Origin: a virus
Virus record (IMG/VR): IMGVR_UViG_3300027963_000066
Coordinates: 1 to 64,000 of that record
Reading direction: 5' to 3' (one strand)
Length of the DNA stretch: 64,000 nt
The translations under genes and the position numbers were made by a program. The notes below the pieces were generated by a model. The model made no database searches. It was not told the origin of the DNA and saw nothing but the letters and a program-made list of their open reading frames with translations. This document shows, in pieces, positions 50,992 through 59,667 of this stretch (its first letter is position 1; every line of letters starts with the position of its first letter).

Positions 50992-51336
50992 ATTCTTAAA
51001 AATAAAATAGTCGCAGATAAAGGTTAACTCTGCACCTAAGAATACTGCAACCCAATAGTTGCCAATCCACGCCCATAGTTTGCGTATCACCCACCAAGCC
51101 GCCAACACACGCAGGGTATATAATGCATCGTGCTGTAGATAATCTAACACATCAGGCAATGCTGTTGCATTGAAATAATATCCGAAGACAAAAGTATCGT
51201 AGGCATAACTAGCCTGAGCCATAATAAAAACTGCCGCAAAAAACGGCAGGAATTTGTTTAAGAATTTAACTATAAGCCCACTGACTATGAGCCTGTAGCT
51301 AACATATATAATATTGGCAATTAGTAATTCAAACAA
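50980..51336 (-). CDS. Membrane protein
   Basis: Hydrophobic, multiple TM. Confidence 0.55.
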   Translation of the reverse strand: MFELLIANIIYVSYRLIVSGLIVKFLNKFLPFFAAVFIMAQASYAYDTFVFGYYFNATALPDVLDYLQHDALYTLRVLAAWWVIRKLWAWIGNYWVAVFLGAELTFICDYFIFKNLFH

Positions 51337-51338
51337 TT

Positions 51339-52304
51339 TTATTCAGGCTTGATTTTTCTAGCAAATGGTTGCCATTGTTCACGTAGTCTGTGCATGGCCG
51401 CCCGAACACCTTCTGGAGTCTGTTCTTTAGGACTAATGAATATAAATTGTTCATCATATCGTTCTTTTGTTTCTTTTGAATTAAGTACAGGAATAAAATT
51501 CTTATGATACCAATCCTGTACGTCTTCTGGGGTATTCTTTGGTAGTATTAAATTCCAGCAAGCATAAACATTTAGTCCAGGAACGTAATCTTTCATTAGT
51601 TTGGCGTTTTCTAACCCTGGCATAGGTTGTTCCCCTGCAAGTGCAATTAATTTGATCTTTCCTGATTTGACCATCTGGGCTCCCACTGCAATAGGAAATA
51701 CTCCAAATTCAACCTGTCCCGCCAATACATCAGTCATGGCCTGCGCAGGCCCTTTATACATCACAGTTTCAACAGTATCTTTGCTAGGTTTAATTTTTGT
51801 AACCATGTATTCGACTGCTAATTTATGTCCAGATCCTCCAACAGCAAAATTAATAGGACGATTACCTGCTTTAATTTCGGCAATTAATTTTTCTGGAGTA
51901 TCAATATCTGATCCTAACTTGGCATAAAATCCTAATGGGCTTTTACCCATATTTGTAACAGGCGTAAAATCCATAGCATTAAATTTTACATAAGTTGGAT
52001 ACCAAATTTCTGCGGTAACGTATGTGCTTTGACATGCGGGGATACCAATGTGATACCCGTCATTTTTTAGGGTATTAAGATGATTCATTGCAATGGTATC
52101 GCCTGCACCTGGTTTATAATCAAATACAAATTTGACTTTTGCTTTTTCTTCCACCTGTTTAGCTAAAATTCTAAATGCAATTTCGTTGCCTGCACCCGGT
52201 GCGTTAGGAACAACAACGGTAATAGGTGCTGTCGGCTCCCAGGCATGTGCAAATATTGTGCTAGCAGATAATAAAATTGCTGTTAAAAATTTTTTCATGT
52301 TCAT
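51339..52304 (-). CDS. Bug/TctC tripartite tricarboxylate transporter substrate-binding protein
   Basis: Signal peptide; VVPNAPGAG, KPGAG, YKGPAQAMTDVLAGQV, PKNTP. Confidence 0.85.
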   Translation of the reverse strand: MNMKKFLTAILLSASTIFAHAWEPTAPITVVVPNAPGAGNEIAFRILAKQVEEKAKVKFVFDYKPGAGDTIAMNHLNTLKNDGYHIGIPACQSTYVTAEIWYPTYVKFNAMDFTPVTNMGKSPLGFYAKLGSDIDTPEKLIAEIKAGNRPINFAVGGSGHKLAVEYMVTKIKPSKDTVETVMYKGPAQAMTDVLAGQVEFGVFPIAVGAQMVKSGKIKLIALAGEQPMPGLENAKLMKDYVPGLNVYACWNLILPKNTPEDVQDWYHKNFIPVLNSKETKERYDEQFIFISPKEQTPEGVRAAMHRLREQWQPFARKIKPE

Positions 52305-52397
52305 GTAATCTCCTTAAATATATTTAATAAAAAATTGAAAACCAAATAAATTTTTGGTGTATCATTAAAAATATTTATCAAAAAAGGAAAAAATACA

Positions 52398-53135
52398 ATG
52401 AATAACAAAATTTTTGCATTAATTGTGAAAAATTTAGAATTAGCCTTTAATTTACCCAAATATCAAGAAATTAGAGAAACCCTAGGTAAAGACACAGTGA
52501 TAAGTACTTTGCCCTGGACTCCGGCACGCCTTGAAAAATTTAAAGAGGCAATCAGTACTGAGTTAGACTTGCCCGTCCTTAAATTGGATGATACTCTAGA
52601 ATCCATAGTCAACGATCTTGATGCAAAATACCTAGATCGATTCTTTGGTCAGATCTGGAAACCTAGTACAGATGAATTCCAATATAGTGGTTGGGCCCTA
52701 GTCGAAGAAATCAATCGACAAAATCCTCGAGCAGTATTAGACTTTGGATGTGGTTACAACCAGTTTAAAGGCAGAATTAAAAATCTAGTGGGCATTGATC
52801 CCTACAATAATTGTGCAGACTATATGGTTGATATTTTAGAATTTAAAGTTGAACCAGAAAGTTATGATCACATACTGGTATTGGGAAGCCTTAATTTTAA
52901 CGATGAAGCACTGATCAAAGTAAGATTTGAAAGATTACTAAGTTTACTGATGTCCGGCGGCCGTATGTACTTTAGAGCCAATCCCGGGCTACCTCATAAG
53001 ACAGGACCTTATGTAGATATTTTTCCTTGGTCTTTTGAATTTGCCTACCAATTGGCTTCTGAGTATAATCTTGAATTAGAAACTTTTAAGAAAGATTCTA
53101 AAGACCGTTTGTACTTTGTCTACAAGAAAAATTAA
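52398..53135 (+). CDS. Class I SAM methyltransferase with N-terminal extension
   Basis: VLDFGCG, GIDP, LGSLNF. Confidence 0.75.
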   Translation: MNNKIFALIVKNLELAFNLPKYQEIRETLGKDTVISTLPWTPARLEKFKEAISTELDLPVLKLDDTLESIVNDLDAKYLDRFFGQIWKPSTDEFQYSGWALVEEINRQNPRAVLDFGCGYNQFKGRIKNLVGIDPYNNCADYMVDILEFKVEPESYDHILVLGSLNFNDEALIKVRFERLLSLLMSGGRMYFRANPGLPHKTGPYVDIFPWSFEFAYQLASEYNLELETFKKDSKDRLYFVYKKN

Positions 53136-53830
53136 TCTAACAGATGACGATTGTAGATAGCAATTTCTACATCGGCTGTATGTTCGGTATGATGTAGATG
53201 CACATCGACAAATTTGCGATAGGTCTCGTCTTCAATTCTTTCCACGGTCCAATTAAATTCTTCTGCAAACCACTCTCTGGTAAATTTGTTAATTTTTACA
53301 TTGCGGGCTTTGCAAAACTTTCTCATTAGAATATTGTGTTCTTGGATCATCCTATGCATGGTGTTATCGTCTTTGTAAAACGGACGATAATCCGGGTAGC
53401 TGATATCCCAACCTCCTGCACCATACCACCCTTGGGCACACTTATCATCGGGCCTGAACACCATGATGATTGGGCTAGTTGGCCAACGTTCTGCAATAGA
53501 ATCAAGATGATGACTTAAAAAATGACTCTTAACCAGTAGGCGTCCCCAACTAGGATCACGCCATTCATTAACAACCTGTTGTTCAATGTGTGAAGGATCC
53601 AAATTAGTAAAGTTATTCCAATCTTCTCCGAACCCGTGGCCTGGTCCAAAGTACACTCCAGTATGCACAATACTACGGGCTAAGGTGGTAGGTCCTACAT
53701 GACGATACTCTCGTTCTGGAGTTCGATCAGTAGTATTAAAATTTAAATGCTCAATGGCCTGAAACACATTGGCAGTACCGGACCATTTAGATCCCGGAGC
53801 TCCGGTAAACCAGACAAGATTTTTATTCAT
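53132..53830 (-). CDS. Sulfotransferase-like P-loop protein
   Basis: FTGAPGSKWSG, VKSH, MVFRP. Confidence 0.5.
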   Translation of the reverse strand: MNKNLVWFTGAPGSKWSGTANVFQAIEHLNFNTTDRTPEREYRHVGPTTLARSIVHTGVYFGPGHGFGEDWNNFTNLDPSHIEQQVVNEWRDPSWGRLLVKSHFLSHHLDSIAERWPTSPIIMVFRPDDKCAQGWYGAGGWDISYPDYRPFYKDDNTMHRMIQEHNILMRKFCKARNVKINKFTREWFAEEFNWTVERIEDETYRKFVDVHLHHTEHTADVEIAIYNRHLLD

Positions 53831-53833
53831 ACT

Positions 53834-54646
53834 TTATTTAAGACGCCGTTTGCAATGATCAATTAATAGTGATATCCAATCATTGGAAACTCCTATTTCT
53901 TTTTCTAACACAGCAAGATTTTTATTATTGTAAGAGATAATTTTGTCCTGATCAATCGATATGTTAAGATGCTGTTCTATGATATATTGATTAAGTCTAT
54001 TGCCGCAAATCAGTTGCCCTATATCAAAATAAAACCAGCCATCGTACTTGGTAGTAGACCATGTCTTATACCATTTGTATCTTGTTCTAATATAGTGTTC
54101 AAGATCTGCCTGCCCGTTAATCAATATTCCTAATTTGTAGGCAAGGAATTTCCAATTTTCATAAAGATCAGCATCGAGCAAGTCTGTCAGCTGGTGCGAA
54201 TATTGATGCCCTGAGTATATTAGATCTTCTATTTCTTTTCGTCTTGCGGGCCAGGCCTGTGAGTCGCTGATGTTTGATTTGATCCAACTTAGACAATAGG
54301 CACGATCGACATGTTCAGTATCCGATGAATACAATCGTATACCTTGACAGGGCAAGTTGGTCATTGAAATGTTGTTAAACCAATGTGTAGGAACACAAAA
54401 TGATTGATCACCATACGTTGATTCTAACTTGGCAACTTGTTCAGTGTTAATTGGCCATTCTTTGTTGCTGGGAAAAGTTTTTACATCTAAATTGATGGCC
54501 GCTAAATAATTTGGAAACAGTACTCTATTAGATTCTGTAGTCGCGAGATCAGGCACGTGGTAAAAATCTTTGCCGCTTGCGTGTACAAGACTAACAAAAA
54601 ATTCACCAAACATTCCTGGTTGATAACTTACGATAATGGGCTTCAT
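53834..54646 (-). CDS. Hypothetical protein
   Basis: 270-aa ORF. Confidence 0.6.
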   Translation of the reverse strand: MKPIIVSYQPGMFGEFFVSLVHASGKDFYHVPDLATTESNRVLFPNYLAAINLDVKTFPSNKEWPINTEQVAKLESTYGDQSFCVPTHWFNNISMTNLPCQGIRLYSSDTEHVDRAYCLSWIKSNISDSQAWPARRKEIEDLIYSGHQYSHQLTDLLDADLYENWKFLAYKLGILINGQADLEHYIRTRYKWYKTWSTTKYDGWFYFDIGQLICGNRLNQYIIEQHLNISIDQDKIISYNNKNLAVLEKEIGVSNDWISLLIDHCKRRLK

Positions 54647-55246
54647 ATGATCAATTTAAAAAATTTACAATTTGATATTACTACTTATGGTCAAAATCTA
54701 GCCTTGACATTTTCTGGAGGCTCTGATAGCTCACTGTTATTTTATTTGGCCGCACGACAAATACTAGATGAAAAATTAGATATCAATCTAAATTTATTTG
54801 TCACAGAACGTTTTAATCAACCGGTACCCTACGCCTTTGCGGTACATAAACGAATATGTGATCTGTTGGGATGCCACCAGTTTACTTTAACAGAAATGAA
54901 GCGTTCTGAATTACCGCAGGATGCAGTTATAGGGCCACTGGTACAATATCTAACTGATGTAAAAACTTTTGACAGTATCCTTTCTGGCAAAAACAAATAT
55001 CCTGATCACATACGCCCATTCCATTTTGCCTGGTTTGAAGAAACTGAAATCCTTAGATATCCTTTTAAAGAGTATACTAAGGATACGTTAATCGATTGTT
55101 TTTATCAGTGTGGGATAGAAGAAGTGTTATCAATGACACACTCCTGTGGTTGGCAGAGTGCAGGTTATTGTGGGAAATGTTTTAACTGTCAAGAACGTGA
55201 GTGGGCCTATAGTCAATTGCCCCATAAATTAAACATGGGGGCATAA
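54647..55246 (+). CDS. QueC-like PP-loop ATPase
   Basis: FSGGSDSS; THSC...CGKCFNCQER zinc motif. Confidence 0.75.
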   Translation: MINLKNLQFDITTYGQNLALTFSGGSDSSLLFYLAARQILDEKLDINLNLFVTERFNQPVPYAFAVHKRICDLLGCHQFTLTEMKRSELPQDAVIGPLVQYLTDVKTFDSILSGKNKYPDHIRPFHFAWFEETEILRYPFKEYTKDTLIDCFYQCGIEEVLSMTHSCGWQSAGYCGKCFNCQEREWAYSQLPHKLNMGA

Positions 55247-55791
55247 TGAAAATTTTAATCTGCGGAGATAGTTTTGCGGCCGATTGGACTGTTAAACATA
55301 AAGGAACAGGTTGGCCAAACATGCTGGCCGATCTATATCAAGTAACCAATCTAGCTCAAGCAGGGTGCAGTGAATACAAAATTTTAAAACAAATACAGTC
55401 GGTGGATTTGTTTGAATACGATAAAATTATTGTTTGGCATACTAGCCCTTATCGGATCTATGTTGAAGAACATCCTACGCACAATAAAGATGTTTTGCAC
55501 AAAAACTGTGATTTTATCTACAGCGATGTCAAAGCTCAGCAATCAAAAGAGCTAACTCCTATAATAGATTATTTTGAAAAATATTTCAGTTTTGAATATG
55601 CTGATTTTGTACACTCTTTAATATGTAAACAGATAGATGAACTCTTAGAGCCTGTAAAAGATAAAGTAATTCAAATACCTCAGATGATCGATTTTGATCA
55701 TTTGACCAAGCCAAATCAAGGACTAAATCATTTTGACACTGATGGGAATCAAATAGTTTTCAACAAGTTAGTCAAAATTATCAACCCATAA
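55246..55791 (+). CDS. SGNH/GDSL hydrolase-like protein
   Basis: ICGDSF, NLAQAGCS, C-terminal NH. Confidence 0.6.
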   Translation: MKILICGDSFAADWTVKHKGTGWPNMLADLYQVTNLAQAGCSEYKILKQIQSVDLFEYDKIIVWHTSPYRIYVEEHPTHNKDVLHKNCDFIYSDVKAQQSKELTPIIDYFEKYFSFEYADFVHSLICKQIDELLEPVKDKVIQIPQMIDFDHLTKPNQGLNHFDTDGNQIVFNKLVKIINP

Positions 55792-55798
55792 ATACAGT

Positions 55799-56548
55799 AT
55801 GAACATCAATGATCCAAAATTCCATCCAGTGTATGCGGATAGAAATACCACCCTCGAATGGTGGGGGTCAGATAACAAAAATCGGTTTAACGAAAATTTA
55901 AAAACTAAAAAATCTGATCTCGAAAAAAACGGGTGGCTAGAAAAAGAAATTACCTATTCTATAAACAGTGAAGGATTTAGATGTCCCCAGTTTGACAATA
56001 ATGATTGTGTCATGTTCTTAGGAAAAAGCGTTTCAATAGGAATTGGTTTAGAATACGAAAGAATTTATCCTACTTTGGTATCAAAGGTATTAGGATTAAG
56101 ATGTGCAAATCTTTCTATTGCAGGCACTTCAAACGACACGTCATTTAGAATGGCATTGCACTGGATAGGCAAATTAAAACCAAAAATTCTTGTGTTTGAT
56201 TCAGAGGCAAAAGATAGGGTAGAGCTGTTATCAATGGACAGTGTTATGAATTTTGTGCCATCTTTGCCCGACACACACCCTTTTTATCTAACACATCTAT
56301 CAGCAGAAGAAAATAGTGTGCTTAACTATAAGAAAAACCTGTTGGCCATTATAAAACTCTGTGATATCAACCAAACAAAATTTGTTGAAGTCTCGACCTA
56401 TAAGACCAATCTATCGAGCGACAGATGTACTTATGAATTAAAAAGACCGGATCCGGCCTCAAATCAATATGCTAGAGATTTAATTCATCCTGGTAACTTT
56501 ATTCATTTTTATAAAGCACTGGACATCCTAGATATGATAAACAAATAA
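55799..56548 (+). CDS. SGNH-like protein (paralog of 62932..63630)
   Basis: NSEGFR, FLGKS, NLSIAGTSND, ARDLIHPG. Confidence 0.6.
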   Translation: MNINDPKFHPVYADRNTTLEWWGSDNKNRFNENLKTKKSDLEKNGWLEKEITYSINSEGFRCPQFDNNDCVMFLGKSVSIGIGLEYERIYPTLVSKVLGLRCANLSIAGTSNDTSFRMALHWIGKLKPKILVFDSEAKDRVELLSMDSVMNFVPSLPDTHPFYLTHLSAEENSVLNYKKNLLAIIKLCDINQTKFVEVSTYKTNLSSDRCTYELKRPDPASNQYARDLIHPGNFIHFYKALDILDMINK

Positions 56549-56549
56549 C

Positions 56550-56625
56550 TGGCCTGCCCGGGAGGGATCGAACCTCCGACCCACAGCTTAGAAGGCTGTT
56601 GTTCTATCCACTGAACTACGGGCAG
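56550..56625 (-). tRNA. tRNA-Arg(UCU)
   Basis: Cloverleaf; loop CUUCUAA; CCA. Confidence 0.95.
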
Positions 56626-56631
56626 GTAATC

Positions 56632-57426
56632 TTATTCGATGCCTAGAGATTTTCTAATCTTGGTAGCACTGATATCGGTAATTGTAGAATCAAAAGATTC
56701 TTGCTCAATTTTATACCCAACATCTCTACCATACGTGATGTTAACAATATTAGGCACTACCTGTATAGTATACTGTCCCTGGTACTTAGGGTCAAGATCT
56801 CTTCGAATAAATTTAGTAACTTTTTCAAGTTCAAACGGATTACTGCCCTGCCAGCCTTGGCAGTCTCGTATCATAATACAGACCTGTCCAGTTTTAGCGA
56901 TGGCACGTTCAAATAAGGCTCGATGTCCTTCGTGCCAAGGTTGCCAACGACCCAGCATCTGTACTGTTTCTCGTTGCCAATCAAACACCGGGCGTCGACG
57001 ATTGTCTAAAATGTGTGCGGCAATAAACTCGCCCCACCATTCGGCACGTTGTTCGGTGATTCTAAAGTCATAGACTTCGGGTTCTTGGAACATGGCATTG
57101 GTGTCGGCGTAACGTCCTTCACGTATTGTGTCTACCCAAACGGTCCAATCTGCTTTAAAGTTATTGCGCATCTCGGCCAAGGGTGCTACAAAATCACAGA
57201 TCACATAGTCCATATCTGACATTGCATCGGCAAGTTCACGCATACGCTTACTCTGGCGAATCCGTCCAGCTTCACTGAAATCCCAATCGTCATACTTCTT
57301 ACGTACATCGTCGGCATTGAGCCAACCAATGCGCTTGCCTTCCCGTTGAAGGTAGTCAACAACCCATTGTGCCAGTGTTGTTTTACCTGAGCCTGGCAAT
57401 CCCATGATTAGTATTCGTTTAGTCAT
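56632..57426 (-). CDS. cysC: Adenylylsulfate kinase-like domain fused to an HxGH nucleotidyltransferase domain
   Basis: GLPGSGKTT, NADDVR, DWDFS..GRIRQ; GRWQPWHEGH and ISATKIR; start follows TAAATA-N5. Confidence 0.75.
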   Translation of the reverse strand: MTKRILIMGLPGSGKTTLAQWVVDYLQREGKRIGWLNADDVRKKYDDWDFSEAGRIRQSKRMRELADAMSDMDYVICDFVAPLAEMRNNFKADWTVWVDTIREGRYADTNAMFQEPEVYDFRITEQRAEWWGEFIAAHILDNRRRPVFDWQRETVQMLGRWQPWHEGHRALFERAIAKTGQVCIMIRDCQGWQGSNPFELEKVTKFIRRDLDPKYQGQYTIQVVPNIVNITYGRDVGYKIEQESFDSTITDISATKIRKSLGIE

Positions 57427-57442
57427 GCAGGTATTTATTTTA

Positions 57443-57519
57443 TGGTACCTCGTCTCAGATTCGAACTGAGAGCCAACAGATTTTGAATCTATCCGCACTA
57501 CCAATTAGCGTAACGAGGC
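57443..57519 (-). tRNA. tRNA with CAA (Leu) anticodon and short variable loop
   Basis: Cloverleaf; loop UUCAAAA; acceptor identical to tRNA-Val at 59585. Confidence 0.85.
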
Positions 57520-57522
57520 AAA

Positions 57523-57642
57523 ACAGGTTCTCATTTTTTGTGCTACCACTACACCAACACCGCTGACCAAGCAGTGCCCAGGATTCGAACCTGGCCCGTC
57601 TTTTTTACAGAAAGATTTTAATAAGATTGCTGAAAAGAACCT
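57523..57642 (-). ncRNA. CAGCAA-stem element 3 carrying a circularly permuted tRNA-Tyr(GUA)-like domain (YrlA-like)
   Basis: AGGUUCU..UUCAGCAA; UCUUU-CUGUAAA-AAAGA; CCAGG-UUCGAAU-CCUGG; GCACUGCU-UGGUC-AGCGGUGU; UG; GUGU-AGUGGUA-GCAC; AGAACCU-GU. Confidence 0.85.
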
Positions 57643-57657
57643 AGATGGTCAAATAAA

Positions 57658-57766
57658 ACAGGATGAGCTGTCATGGCCGGGAATCGAACCCTATTTCAGA
57701 CAATGTCCCCAAATGGACGGCCTCGCGAAATGTGGAGCGAGTAAAATGGTTTGCTGTAATCATCCT
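57658..57766 (-). ncRNA. CAGCAA-stem element 4 with T-loop module
   Basis: AGGAUGA-U-UACAGCAA ... GGG-UUCGAUU-CCC ... UCAUCCU-GU. Confidence 0.75.
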
Positions 57767-57782
57767 AAAACTAAATATTTGT

Positions 57783-58283
57783 ATGAACCGACTTCTTGAA
57801 TATTTGGATTTGCCTAAATTGCCTGCCGAACTGATCGAAGAAGCAAAGTTAAGCACACAGATCAATCCAAATGTTTTTATTTTTAAAGACTATTCAGCTT
57901 ACAAAATCTTTGATGCTACTGAATCAATCTCAGAATACACTCGTAGTATATTTGATTTTCCGCACCATACAAAAGTACAATTGATATCAGGGGACATCGC
58001 CATACACATTGATTATGGTCGATCAGTAGTTTATAATTATCTAATTGACTATCCTGGAGAAATAGCTTACTCTTGCCACTATCAAACTAGCGATCCTGCT
58101 AGTTTGATCAGTAAGGAAGCATTAACACCAGACTGCTGGTCTAGATTAGATGTCAGTGTTTATCACAATCTTTTAGGAGTCAAGGTTCCGAGATTGTTTA
58201 TCAGTGTTGCTCCTATAGAAAAAATATCCAAAGAAGATATTCGACGGAGCAGACAATGGTACAAAGAATTTGGAGCGGGATAG
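57783..58283 (+). CDS. Hypothetical protein (cupin/oxygenase-like HxD...H)
   Basis: TAAATA-N5-ATG; IHID...YHN..RL; 3' end overlaps tRNA-Gly. Confidence 0.55.
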   Translation: MNRLLEYLDLPKLPAELIEEAKLSTQINPNVFIFKDYSAYKIFDATESISEYTRSIFDFPHHTKVQLISGDIAIHIDYGRSVVYNYLIDYPGEIAYSCHYQTSDPASLISKEALTPDCWSRLDVSVYHNLLGVKVPRLFISVAPIEKISKEDIRRSRQWYKEFGAG

Positions 58284-58344
58284 GAGAATCGAACTCCTGA
58301 CTAAACCTTGGCAAGGTTTCGTTTGACCATTAAACTAATCCCGC
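58271..58344 (-). tRNA. tRNA-Gly(GCC)
   Basis: Cloverleaf; loop UUGCCAA; U73. Confidence 0.95.
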
Positions 58345-58357
58345 ATGTTTTTATTTA

Positions 58358-58447
58358 TGGTCCCCCACTGAGGAATCGAACCTCATCCTGGACCTTATCT
58401 AGATTAATCGGTTATAAGCCGACCTGCTCTCCATGAGCTAGCGGGGG
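58358..58447 (-). tRNA. tRNA with UAU (Ile) anticodon and long variable arm
   Basis: CCCCCGC/GUGGGGG-A-CCA; loop CUUAUAA; about 20-nt extra arm. Confidence 0.8.
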
Positions 58448-58460
58448 AATAAATATCGTT

Positions 58461-59327
58461 ATGATTAACATCTTAAAAGAATACACCAGTAAAGATTTGA
58501 GTAAAAAACTGATCCTGTCATTGCATGATCAAGCCGTTGTTGAAAGTGTGATAATGCCCGAGTCTGCACTGGGACCGTCGGCACTTTGCATCAGCGTTCA
58601 GGTAGGTTGTGCAGTAGGATGTACTTTTTGCAAAACTGGTCAAGATGGTCTGAAGCGTAATTTATCCGCTGACGAAATTATCGATCAATTGACCATCGCC
58701 GAAGAACAAAAATTTATAGATTTTATAGTGTTCATGGGCATGGGCGATTCTGCCCACAACATTGATGCTGTACTAACGGCAGTTGAAGAATTTGTTCATC
58801 GAGGAAAAAATAAAGATAAACTTCTTGTCAGTAGCATAGGCACAGATAAGTTTTTTGATAAATTAGAATCTGCAGTGGTTAAACCCAGACTAGCAGTCAG
58901 CCTGCATTCTGCAATAGATGCCACTAGAAAATCTATAATTCCCATGGCCAATTTAATGAGTGTACAAGAATTGATCGAACGCTCTCAACAGTATGCACAA
59001 TTAACCAATCGAAAAATCATGTATCAATTGACCATGCTGGCTGGAGTCAATGATACCGATGAAGAGATTTCAACAGTTATAGATCAATTAACACCATACA
59101 AACAGCATTCTATTATACAGATAATACCTTGGAATTTTATATCCGATGCAATGTTTACCTGTACACCCCAATCTAAAATTAAAGAAATAGTTGATCGATT
59201 TAGGAATCTAGATTTTGATGTTAGGCAAAGATATTCTTTTGGACAAGATATAGGCGCGGCCTGCGGCCAACTGTCGTCACAAAATCAATTGGCTCCCCAG
59301 GGTGGGATCGAACCACCGACACCCTGA
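58461..59327 (+). CDS. RlmN/Cfr-family radical SAM RNA methyltransferase
   Basis: CISVQVGCAVGCTFCKTG, VFMGMGD, SLH, GVND, DIGAACGQL. Confidence 0.85.
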   Translation: MINILKEYTSKDLSKKLILSLHDQAVVESVIMPESALGPSALCISVQVGCAVGCTFCKTGQDGLKRNLSADEIIDQLTIAEEQKFIDFIVFMGMGDSAHNIDAVLTAVEEFVHRGKNKDKLLVSSIGTDKFFDKLESAVVKPRLAVSLHSAIDATRKSIIPMANLMSVQELIERSQQYAQLTNRKIMYQLTMLAGVNDTDEEISTVIDQLTPYKQHSIIQIIPWNFISDAMFTCTPQSKIKEIVDRFRNLDFDVRQRYSFGQDIGAACGQLSSQNQLAPQGGIEPPTP

Positions 59328-59365
59328 TTAACAGTCAGGTGCTTCTACCGCTGAGCTACTAGGGA
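59290..59365 (-). tRNA. tRNA-Asn(GUU)
   Basis: Cloverleaf; loop CUGUUAA. Confidence 0.95.
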
Positions 59366-59371
59366 ATAAAA

Positions 59372-59447
59372 TGGTTGCGGGACTTGGATTCGAACCAAGG
59401 ATGGCAAAGGCTTATGAGACCTCGCTGGTGACCAGACCCTTCCCGCG
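59372..59447 (-). tRNA. tRNA-Met(CAU), probably initiator
   Basis: Loop CUCAUAA; C1:A72 mismatch. Confidence 0.85.
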
Positions 59448-59500
59448 ATATTCGTTTACACACTACTTATCCTATTGTACACCGTGTGTAAGGGTGACAT

Positions 59501-59577
59501 TGGTCGGAGTACAAGGATTCGAACCTTGGGCCCCTGCGTCCCAAACGCAGTGCTCTACCAGACTGAGCTACACTCCG
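59501..59577 (-). tRNA. tRNA-Pro(UGG)
   Basis: Cloverleaf; loop UUUGGGA. Confidence 0.95.
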
Positions 59578-59584
59578 AATAAAC

Positions 59585-59659
59585 TGGTACCTCGTGACAG
59601 GGTCGAACTGCCGACATTCGCCGTGTAAAGGCGCTACTCTACCACTGAGTTAACGAGGC
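59585..59659 (-). tRNA. tRNA-Val(UAC)
   Basis: Cloverleaf; loop UUUACAC. Confidence 0.95.
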
Positions 59660-59667
59660 AAAAACCG

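Noticed and set aside
58461-59327. cfr antibiotic resistance gene
   Set aside because: Family membership is clear, but nothing visible separates m8A (Cfr) from m2A (RlmN) specificity.
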